Position numbers and translations under genes: made by a program
Notes under the pieces: model-generated
Seen by the model: the letters and a program-made list of their open reading frames with translations, nothing else
The model's database searches: none
Told to the model about the DNA's origin: nothing
Source of the DNA: Isurus oxyrinchus
Lineage: Eukaryota
NCBI GenBank assembly: GCA_026770705.1
Contig: JANJGN010000005.1
Location: 21,328,001 to 21,392,000, forward strand
Direction: 5' to 3'
Length of the DNA: 64,000 nt
Shown here: positions 12,501 to 24,500 of the stretch, one piece after another
Layout: every line of letters starts with the position of its first letter
How positions within the stretch are numbered: the stretch's first letter is position 1

Positions 12501-15500
12501 GTCAATGCACCTTGCTAAAGAGATATTAGGAGAGGGGTACAGTTTAAAAAGTTAAATGAGGGTGGCTTGTATGAACTTAGTTTGTATTCCATTGAGTTTA
12601 GAAAATTGAGAGCTGATCAAAGGTGTTTAAAACATCCCTTTGGCCACGAAGTGACACTTCTTTCCAGGCTTCCCTTGACCCTAGGTCTGATCCCATATTG
12701 TTTTCTTGTTTCCTCATGCCCCCTCCCAGCTCACTGAAATCTAGTTCCTCCTCCCGGTATCCTATTCCCGCTGAACTGCTAACCACTTGGCTTCCCTTCC
12801 AGGCCACTATGCTAGCTGACATTGTAATTAATACCCTCTCAGGTGCCGTTCCTCTCCATTTCAAAATAACCTCATTCTCTGAAAATTTTTAAAAAAAAAT
12901 CCCCCTACCCCACAGTCCTTTCAAACTACTTTCCCATCTCCAAAGCCCATTTCTTCAGTTCTTACTTTTGACACCAGCCAAATCTTCACCTATCTTTCCC
13001 ACAACTCCAGGTTTGAATCTCTGAATCTCCTAGTTTCTGGTCATTCAACAGCACAAACAGTTCTAATCAAATCACAACTGACATTGTTTGATTGTGACTA
13101 TATACAGTATTCCTCCTCCTCTGCAATCTTGGAAGTGATCTGTCACAGCACCCTCCTCCAACACCACCCCTGTTGTCGACCTTGGTGGGACTAACTTTAG
13201 TTGGTTTCATGGTTTCTCCTCTTCCACATACTGTTACCTTTGGAGTCCCTCAAAGATCAATCTATGGCCACATTCTCTTCTGCATGTTGGTCTTCAATGA
13301 CAACATCTGAAGAATTGGCCACTATATGTCATATAGCTAGCTTCTGTGCACCTAAATTTAAAGGGGGGAAATCAGTCAGGTTTCTGCTTTTGATCAAAAT
13401 CCAGGATGTAGATGTATGTTAGTGTCAGATGAGGGTGGTATCTGGCTCAACTTTGATATTTGAAAGTCAAAAAAACTGTCTTTATTCATGGAGACTGCAA
13501 ATGTGGAATGAGTGTAGTAGTAGAGGATTGCTGATACTATAGAACCGTACCATACAACGTTCATATCTTCAACAAAGGAGATGGAGAAGACTGGACATAA
13601 AAGGCTCCTGTTAAGTATGTACTCAAAATGCCTTCCTTTTGCAGGGGAGAAACCTAGTGTGGTTTACCAAAATGAAGAAGGAAACTGGGTGACAGATCTG
13701 GCTTATTATTATTCATTGGATAAAGAACAGGATCAGTTCAGTTTGCCAACCGATCTAGCCAATAGTATTCAAGAAGAAGAATTCGTAACTGGCAGTAAGA
13801 TTTTAGCTACTCTATAACATTTTTAAAGGAATAGCTTTGAGGAAACTTTTTTTACTAATGTTTTACTGAATCCTTTTAAATGTGTTTTACAGATAAAGCT
13901 GCTGCATTGATTAAAGAAGATCAAAAGGAGTTTGAGGAAAAACACCCATTTCTTCAGGTTTGAGAGAATTATTTTGTTGTTCTTCCTAATGTACTTCAAT
14001 GAAAAACTTGTCTAGATTAAGGTAAATGTGAATGCCTTTGACGATCTAGGGAATTGGGGCTTACCTCTGAAAACAGACTGAAATAGGGAGCCTGGAATTT
14101 CTAGAGTAAGAACCATAGGGAAGGCTCACAGAAAATACAGTATTTATTTCTGAACCAGACTAATAGGATTGAAAATTCCTGATGTTTTCACTTTTGCTTC
14201 TGTTTTAAGTTTTACAACAGATAAAACAGTTTCACTAACTTAGAGAAAAATCAAGGACTCTGCAGCAGTTCTCTACAACAGTTTTATGAAACACAAGACA
14301 AATTTGCACCTGTACAGTGATTAGCGAACTCATAAGGCTCCAGCATTCATCATCTGGCAGCTCAGTGCTCAAAACTCTATTCTATAATGACGGTGTTATT
14401 CTGGACACCCTAATAGTTTTTTATTTGCACTCCTTTAGTTAATATTTCTTTAATATACATTTACAGGGCTTTCCTTTTACTTTCCTGGCTGTTTGACAAT
14501 GCCTTCAACTCTATTAAATAGTAAAGGAGCAAGTGAATAATAACTCTATATGTATAGTTATATATGTTTATATATAAAATATATGTTTATATATTGTCTG
14601 CAGTGGTATTTAAGCTTATAAAGCTGCTCAATGCAATTTAAAACAAGTTAATGCTGCAGTGGTCCCCAGCTGATGAAATCATGTATCATGCTGTAATGCT
14701 GCTAATCTTGTTTGCATTGAATTGTACTTCTCCCTCTTAAAAGTTCCAAGAATCGCTGGTTGCTGAACAGGTGATTCTGTAATCTCGCATCCTTGTACAG
14801 CAAACTGAGAGTGGTTGATTTTTCACTTGTCGTGCACATGGGGAATGCAAAGTTTTCAGATCTCTGTCACCTTGACATCACTCCAGGAGTTGCCAGCTGT
14901 TGGAGGTGGAAGGCAAATCAGAATGCCTGCACCTACAAAATGAGTGGCTAAACATAGCCAAGAAGTGGTATAGACTAATGATTAGAACATGGAAAATCAC
15001 CATCTATGGATGTGTCTGGCTAATTTTGCAGTGAGGCTTCTGCAAAATGCTCATACGAAGTAAACCGTGATTTGGGAAAAGGAGACTGATAACTCTTTCA
15101 AACAATAAGCAGCTAAGCAGAATGTAAATAACTTGCTGTGAAATTCACAAAACTCACAATCAGATACCTATCTGAATTTTTTATATTAAAACTTGGTGCT
15201 TTTTAACCTCCCAAGTAATTGGCCAGTGACTAATGAATAATTGTAACAATAATTTGATTTGAGCTGGGTCATAGCTTCCAAGTAAAGTAAGGCTTTTTAA
15301 GCCACTTAAGTGCCATAGCAAAACTGAAGAAGTCAACATCAAGCTAATTTTTTTTTTATTCATTCATGGGATGTGGGCATCACGGGTTAGGATGGGCATT
15401 TGCCCACTCCTAATTGTTCTTGTTCAAAGGGCATTTAAGAGTCAACCACATTGCTGTGAGAGAGTCTGGAGTCACGTGTAGACCAGACCAGGTAAGGATA

Positions 15501-18500
15501 GTAGATTTCTTTCTTTAAAGGATATTAGTGAACCAGATGGGTTTTTACAACTATCAGCAATGATTTCATAGTCATCATCAGACTTTTAATTCCAAATTTT
15601 TATTGAATTCAAATTTCACCATCTGCCATGGTGAGCTTGGAACCCGGATCCTCAGTCTTACTCTGGGTCTCTGGATTACTAGTCCAGTGACACTGCCACT
15701 GCCTCCCTTCTTGGACATAAAATTTGAGGATAAAAATTTAGCATTTACTATCCTATAATTTTCTAGCTCCTAAGTAATTGTTGAATCAGATACAATTTTG
15801 CAGCCATTCCTACTGTAGCAGTGAACAATGACACAAGAAGTCATCTGGTTCTCATCTTGTCTTTAGCCTTTCATGATTTTCTTAAAGCTTTGAGCCAAAT
15901 TTTGTTAGATTGGTTGTAAACAGCCATGCAATAGCACCTTTTAAATGATTACCATTTAGGCCAGACAAAATTTCATTAAAAAATTGCAAAATAAGATCCT
16001 TAATGATTTGTAATATATCTATGATCCATCACCAGTTTGTTTGCGATGGTTAATTCTGGACTTAAATCAGGTAAGTTTTCATTTTTTCTTATCAACTGAA
16101 TTTGGCCTTGTGATTATAACAGTAACTGCTTTAAGTATTTTTGATATACAAATGAATTAAACTAATTTATTGAAGATTGTAATTTAAAAATAAGTTTGGA
16201 TAGCCAAGTGCATTCTTTCCTATTGAAACAAATTTGTTCATAATAGGCAGGTGAAAAGTTATGGAATTCAAGATGACAGACAGATGACTTTTGCCAACTA
16301 CTTTAAATGTGAACCTGGATGTATTTTTCCATGTTTTACACCTACTAAGGTGTATTGTATGTGTATCTATTCAGCACAATTTCCCTAACAATTTCTGAGC
16401 ATTTTAATTTCAAATGTATTGACTATTCACCAACAAAGTGAAGAGGAATTACAAAAAAAAGAGAAGATTCAATTAATTGAATTAATTGTGAAACTAGCAA
16501 TTATTCCTACTGTTTGGCATCCATAAACATAGAGACCTTATGTACAGTTAACTATCATATTGAGAACCAAGGTTCATAATTTGAAGTGTCTTCTCACCTG
16601 TACAGGAGGATAAAATGGACACGACAGTTACAAATGGAGCATGTGGAACTGATTCATGGCAGCTGCCAGCTAATAGCTGCTTGATATTGAGAGCATCTCA
16701 GGCAGGATCTGACTTTATGCAAGGCAGTCAGAGTTATCTTCGCCTCACTCTGGGAGAATTCTTTGGTGAAAGATCAGAGGCTCTTGGATGTCTTGGAGAA
16801 CAAAACAGTGGCATAAAACGGGTTAGTTCAAGGTTGCAATCGACATATTTTTAAAAAAAAAATAAGTATTAAAAATAACTGTCTCAGCCTCTAATTGAAT
16901 TCTCATTTCACATTTCCACATTAAGTAAAATCTTAACCCATTCTCTTTAGACTATTTGGGTAACTAAGAAGAGACCCTCCAAAGAAATTGTTCAAAACTA
17001 GAAATGTACAACTAAACTTCTGTTGTCTATGTATTTTTCCTTAATTTATGTTGGTAATAATTGAGACTATTCCTAAATCTATTAGCCTTCATTTGGATAT
17101 TCCATAACGTCACCAGAACACCGAGCACCTGTTCCTTTATTTGAACCTAATTTGTCACAAGTCCACAATGAAACCAGCAAGCTTTGCCGTGATGATGCAC
17201 TTTATTCAGGTAAAATAAAACCTATATTTTTGTTTGCACAAGTTGAATATTCTTTAATAAATGTGCAAGTGCCAAAATTGATTAAAATAAATAACGAGAA
17301 ACTATTGTTTTGACTGGCAGGTGGGTCACTAACTGAAGAACACTATTTAAGATGATTGGGAAAAGAGCCAGCGGGGAGATGAGGATATTTTAATTTTATA
17401 ACCTGGAATGCACTGCCTGAAGGGTGGAAGAAGATTGAATAACAACTTTTAAAAATGAATTGTAAATATATTTCAAAAGGAAAAATTTACAGGGGCATGG
17501 GAAACGAGCAATGGAGCGGCTCTTCTGTCAAGTTGGCATGAGCCAAATGGCCACCACTGTTTATTTTTATTCATCCACAGGGTGTGGGCTTCACTGGCTG
17601 GGCCAGCATTTATTGCCCATCCCCAGTTGCTTTCGAGAAGGTGGTGATGAGCTGCCTTCTTGAGCTGTCCATGTGGTGCACATACACCCACAGTGCTGTT
17701 AGGAAGGGAGTTCCAGGATTTAGACCCCGTGGCAGTGAAGGAACAGCGATATATTTCCAAGCCAGGATGATGAGTGACTTGGAGGGGAACTTCCAGATGG
17801 TGGCATTCCCATCCATCTGCTGCCCTTGTCCTTCTAGATGGGTCGTGAGTTTGGAAGATGCTGTCGAAGGAGCCTTGGTGAATTCCTGCAATGCATCTTG
17901 TAGATGTTACACACTGCTGCTACTGTGTGTCGGTGGTGGAGGGAGTGAATGTTTGTGGATGTGATGCCAATTAAGCAGGCTGCTTTGTCCTGAACGCTGT
18001 CAAGCTTCTTGAGTGTTGTCGGAGCTGCACTCATCCAGTCAAGTGGGGAGTATTCCATCACACTCCTGACTTGTACCTTGTAGATGGTGAACAGGCTTTG
18101 GGGAGTCAGGAGATGAGTTATTTGTTGCACGATTCCTAGCCTCTGACCTGCTCTCATAGGCACAGTATTTAAATGGCTGGTCCAGTTCAATTTCTAGTCA
18201 ATGGTAAACCCCAGGATGTTGATAGTGCGGAATTCAGTGATGTTAATGTCATTGAGCATCAAGGTACGATCGTTGGATTCTTTTGTTGGCGATGGTCATT
18301 GCTTGACACTTGTGTTGCGTGAATGTTACTTGCCACTTGTCAGCCCAAGCCTGGATGTTGTCCAGATCTTACTGCATTTGGACATGGACTGCTTCAGTAT
18401 CTGAGGAGTTGCGAATGGTGCTGAACATTGTGCAATCATCAACAAACATCTCCACTTCTGACCTTATGATAGAAGGAAGGTCATTGATGAAGCAGCTGAA

Positions 18501-21500
18501 GATGGTTGGGCCAAGGACACTGTCCTGAGGAACTCTTGCAGTGATGTCCTGGAGCTGAGATGACTGACCTCCAACAACCACAACTATCTTCCTTTGTGCT
18601 AGGCATGACTCCAACTAGCCCTTGATTTTCATTGACTCCAGTTTTGCTAGGGCTCCTTGATGCCGCACTCAGTCAAATGCTGCCTTGATGTCAAGGGCAG
18701 TCACCCAGGAGTTCAGCTCTTTTGTCCATGTTTGAACCAAGGCTGTAATGAGGTCAGGAGCTGAGTGGCCCTGCCAAAACCCAAACTGGGCCTCTGAGCA
18801 GGTTATTGCTAAGCAAGTGCTGCTTCCATTACTTTACTGATGATCAAGAGTAGACTGGGGCAGTAATTAGCTGAGTTGGATTTACCCTGCTTTTTTGTAC
18901 AGGACATAACCTGGGCAATTTTCCATGTAGCTGGGTAGATGCTAGTGTTGTAGCTGTACTAGAACAGCTTGACTAGGGGTACAGCAAGTTCTGGAGCGCA
19001 AGTCTTCAGTGCTATTGCCAGAATGTTGTCAGGGCCTATAGCCTTTGTAGTACCTGGTGCCTTCAGCAGCTTCTTGGTATCATGTGGAGTGAATCGAATT
19101 GGTGAAAACTGGCATCTATGATATTGGGGTCCTCTGGAGGAGGCCAAGATGGACCATCCGCTCAGCACTTCTGGCTGAAGATTGTAGCAAATGCTTCAGC
19201 CTTATCTCTTGCACTGATGTGCTGGGCTCCTCCATCCTTGAGGATTGGGATATTTGTGCAGCAGCCTCCTCCATTGAGTTGTTTTAATGGTCCACCACCA
19301 TTCATGACTGGACGTGGCAGGACTGCAGAGCTTAGACCTGATCCGTTGGTTGAGGGATTGCTTAGCCCTATCTATCACTTACTGCTTATACTGTTTGGCA
19401 CACAAGTAGCCCTGTGTTATGGCTTCACTAGGTTGACATCCCATTTTTAGGTATTCCTGATGTTGCTCCTGCCATGTCCTCCTGCACTCTTAAATGAAGC
19501 AGGGTTGATCCCCTGGCTTGATGATAATGGTAGAGTGGGAGGATATGCTGGGCCATGAGGTTACAGATTGTGTCCGAGTACAGTTTGCTGCTGCTGCTGA
19601 AGGCCCAGAGCGCCTCATGGATGCCCAGTCTTGAGTTGCTAGACCTGTTCAAAATCTATCCCATTTAGCACGGTAGTAGTGCCACACAACATGATGGAGG
19701 GTATCCTCAGTGTGAAGATGGGACTTCATCTCCTCAATGACTGTGCGATGGCCACTCCAACCAATACTGTCATGGACAGGTGCATCTGCGGCAGGCAGGT
19801 TGGTGAGGATGAGGTCAAGTAAGTTGTTCCCTCACTACCTGCTGCAGACCCAGTCTAGCAGCTATGTCCTTTAGGCCTCGGTCAGTAGTGGTGCTACCGA
19901 GCCACTTTTGGTGATGGACATTGAAGTCCCCCACCCAGAGTATATTCCATGCCCTCACCACCCTCAGTACTTCCCCCAAGTGGTGTTCAACATGGATTCA
20001 TCAGCTGAGGGAGGGCGGTACATGGTAATCAGCAGGTGGTTTCCTAGCCCGTGTTTGACCTGAAACTTCATGGGGTCCAGAGTTGATATTGAGGACTACC
20101 AGGGCAACTCCCTCCCAACTGTATACCACTGTGCCCACCATCTCTGCTGGGCCTGTCCTGCTGGTGGGTCAGGACATACCCAGGGATGGTGATGGTGGTG
20201 CTTGGGACATTATCGGTAAGGTATGATTCTGTGAGGATGACTATGTCAGGCTGTTGCTTGACCAGTCTGTGAGACTGCTCTCCCAATTTCAGCACTAGCC
20301 CCTGGATGTTAGTAAGGAGGACTTTGCAGGGTTGACAGGGCTGCAATTGTTTCCGGTGCCTAAGTCGATGCTGGGTGATCTATCCGGTTTCATTCCTTAC
20401 CTACACTAAGATTCTGTTACTAAGGTGCAAATCGTAGGATGAGAGGTGATCATTAGATTTGTTTGTCATACACAAATATAATGCCTTATTTGCTGGGCCA
20501 AAACCCAGGAGCAATCTCCTTTTATGACACTGAGTATGCCTGCACAGCAACATTTCAGAGGTTCAAAAAGGCAGCTTACCATCACCACCTCGAGGGCAAT
20601 TGGGGATGTGTAGTATTTTCTAGCCTTGCAAGCAATGTACACATCCCATGAACAAAAACCCTTTCTTATCCCATTCCCCCCACCCCGGATACTCCATCGG
20701 AATAAAGTGGCATCTGGTTATTCAGACCGATATGCAGTATTTTTTTTTAAATGGCCAGTGGAATGTTTGCCTTTATCTCAAGGGGGTTGAAATACCATGG
20801 ATGCAAATTTTGTACAGCTGTACAGTGTCCTGGTTAGACCCCAGCATTGCCTTGGGGGGGGGGGTTAAGTTCAGATACACCAGAATTACATTGGATCTTA
20901 AAGTTAAATTATGAAGACAGGTTGCTTTGGCTAGGCTTGAAGTCCCTTGAATATTATTTAAGTGACCTTATTATGATGGGACAGATAAGGAGATACTATT
21001 TCCTTGAATCGAATGGGTTGGGGGAATCAAGCAAGGGGCACAAAACTTTAAAATTAAAGTTAGGCATTAAGTAGGAAGTACTTCTAAATGTAAAGGGCAG
21101 TGTAAATCTAAAATTCTCTCCTCCAAAAGGCTGTTGAGGCTACATCAGCTGAAAATTTCAAAAGTTTTTTTTCTTGGTGTGTCAAGGATATTAAGTATTA
21201 TGGAGCTACAATGGGTATGATAGATCAGCCATGAGCAACTGAATGGCCCAACAGGCTTAAGGAGCGATAAGGCCTATTCCTGTTCCTCTGAAAGAAAGAA
21301 GGCAAGATATGAGATCGAAAGTTTTAAATTAGCTCTTGTGGTATAGGGAACACTAGCAAGTCAGCATTTTTTTAAAAAATTTCCATACTTAGTTGCCTGG
21401 AGAGCATTGGGACTCAAATACCCCTGGATAATCTTTAGTGTACCAGTGCAGGAGTAATGGGAAGATTAACCTCCTTGCATCCTGTAAAATTCAATAATTT

Positions 21501-24500
21501 TTTAACTGGTTAGCTGCCAGAAGAACCAAATACAGGTTTGCATAAACAATTGTTTAGAAATTCCTCGCCAACCCAAGCTCCCAGGAGACCTGATGACCCA
21601 CCTGCCTTCAGTATGTAGATTTGAGACACTAAAAAATTCATCCAGTTCCCTTTTGAATGCTTGCATTGAATCAACATATGTTATGGTAGCAACTTATTCC
21701 AGTGATCTTTGTAAATCAAAGTACCTCCTAGCATTGTTTTTGTAACATGGAACTTATGTCCCTGGTCCTCCTTTTCCTGGGCCTCCTTTAAAGCAATCCT
21801 TTTGAATGGCCTGTTCTCTTGTACTGAGAATTTTGTTTTGTTATCTTAGAGGCTTCAAAATCTGTGCTTTACTAAATGATTAAGGTGCCTGCAAGATTAC
21901 ATTTCTTGTTTTGTGTGAACTTAACTTATAACTACTTCAAGTTGATGCTTATTGTCATCGTAAATTCTGATTAAAACTTGCATAATTCACTTGGCTAATT
22001 TATATGGGTAATATCATATTGCCATGGTGAAATCTTCTATCACCAGGTGGTATTGTTTTAGAGGAAAAGCACAATTCTAGTCACAGAACTTGTATTTGTT
22101 GCTGTTTGTTCATTCTCAATCTCATTTTTCATTAATATTACATTATGAAATATCCAGGAGTTTGTTTTTATGCAGCTGACCTGAAGAAAATGGACCAAGA
22201 AATTCCTACAGAATTTTCAACTACATTTCTAATTAATAAGCTGACTGAAAATGACACATTTCAAACCAAGGAATCAAATTCAGATATTCACATGAATGAA
22301 TGTGGGGTCAGTGTGCCATTTTGTTCTTTAATTTTTTTTATTATTTCATGGGACATGACTGTTGCTGGCGAGGCCAGCATTTTTATTGCCCATTCGTAAT
22401 TTCCCTTGAGGATGGTGATGAACCACCGTCTTGAGCCACTGCTATGTTTAAATGTATGTTATGTTTTAAACTCTGAAAAATTTTAATCATTGACTTGTTG
22501 AATAATGGCTTGCATTCAAAACATCATTTGGATATTTGCTTTAAATTGTACTTCAAATAATAAGCATATGGCTAAAAACTTTTCCCTTCTTCTTAGAGTA
22601 TGAAACTTTTGAGTTCACATGCGAAAGCTGAAGAACCTAAATTAGTCAATGGCACAGATTCCTTCTTGAGCATAAGTGCAATTGCTTCTGCTATAGCTGA
22701 TGCGTCAGTGAGTGCTGACCCTGCTCAGCTAGCTACAATGATTTTGGAGCTTTCTAATAAGAACAGGAAGAAAATTGAGCACGCAACAACTAGCAGCAAA
22801 CCAAGTGTGCAGCTGCACGACCAGGAAAGCAACATGAAGGATTTGTGTGTTCTTGTGGAGAAGAATTGTGAAAGACCTGAGACCAGTGAAAGTGAAGTCC
22901 TGAAATCTGAATTTAAACCATTGTCAGAATCTGTTTCTGCTTACAGTTTAGATTCTGTTGTTTCATCTGAAAATTCCAGAAATCCTCACAGCACATCAAG
23001 TTCATTTTCAGAGCAATCTATCTCAAGTAGAACCAGCAAGCAGGAAAATAAGGAAACAATATATTCAAAAGAAGAGTTGGGCCAATTTAATGCTATTGAA
23101 ACACGAAATGTAACTCAGTCAGATGAAACTTGTCTGTCAGTCAAATTAGTTGACGGTAAGAGCAGATCACATAGTCAGAATGATCGCACAAAAACTTTTG
23201 TACTTGAGAAGAGCAAATTTCCTGGCCCCAAACATGGTGGAAGTCAACTTATCGATGTCAAATTAATGACAAAAGAAGAATTTTTTGATAACCAAGGTAC
23301 GTCAGTTGGAAGTACACTCACTGATGTGCCAAAGTTAACTGGCACTGTTAAATCAGTGGAGAAACATGGTGAATCTTTTTTAACTGTTTCTTCTACACAG
23401 AAGGTTTGTCTGGTGGATAATGAACCAAACTTGGATAAAACTCTTTGTAAAACAAAGAATGAAAGTGGAACAGAGATAATGCAAAAAGATGTTGAGGAAG
23501 GGTCTTCAAAAACATTATCTGATGACAGAATATTTAAGACAGAACAGAAAAACATGAAGGTCACTGTTTCTTCACAACCCACTGCTGTTCAAGGTGTGGC
23601 AATGAATAATTCCAGTTTGCATTGTCCAAAAATACATACTATTGAGCAAAGATTTAGAAAATCAAAGAGTGATACAATATGTGAAGATGACAAAGCAATA
23701 CATGTAATTTCAAAGCCACAAGTGGGAAGAGATGAACCAGAAAGCTCAGATCCCCATGACCAAGTGAGAGTCAGCTTTGAACAATCAAATCATGACCCAA
23801 CTGCACCAAAAAACAATGAAACTGGTGAGCAGTCATTAAATAATGAAGTACCCATTGCATTAAAATGATATTGGCTATTGTAATTTAAAAATAATAAAAT
23901 GTCAAATTTTCTAGGGTTACCTTCTTAGAACCATCCATTGCAGTTCTGTGTAAACTTGAGATCATCCAATACTCTGCCTGTGCCTTAACTTGGTGAAAGT
24001 TCCATTCCCCTATCATCCTTGTGCTTGCTGACCGACATTGGCCTCTGACCAAGCAATGTCATGGGGTTTTAAAATTCTCATCCATTTCTTTTCTTCCAAA
24101 ACTCTTCATAGCTTCGATCCTCCCTATGCACGTACCCTCCTCCAGCCCCACAACCTCCAAGATCTAATTCTGGTCTCTTGTGAATCCCAACTTTAATTAT
24201 CTACCACTGACAGTCACTCTTCAAGTTGTCTAGGCCCTAAGCCCCTTAAAAGCTACCTCTTTGACAATCTGACCTAATATCTCCTATGTGGCTTGGTGTC
24301 ATATTTTGTTTTATAACGCTCCTGTGGAGTTCCTTGAGACATTTTATTATGTGCGATATTAATATAAGTTGATAATGGAATCACTTGAACATCATTTTTA
24401 ACAGATCAAGTGTGTGTGGTGATGCACAACAAATGTAGATAATTTTTAGTGGTTCAGTACTTTTGACATTGCATGTAATTTTAGCCAAAAAATACATAGT

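Noticed and set aside
14540-14596. AT-rich tandem atatatgtttatatat
   Set aside because: Ordinary low-complexity sequence.
23763-23847. Alternative donors CAA|gtgaga (23763) and GAA|gtaccc (23847) for the large exon
   Set aside because: Both are phase 0, whereas the next conserved exon (25611) needs phase 1.
22600-23868. 422-aa ORF as a stand-alone gene
   Set aside because: It is an internal CEP192 exon, with an acceptor at 22596 and a phase-compatible donor at 23824.
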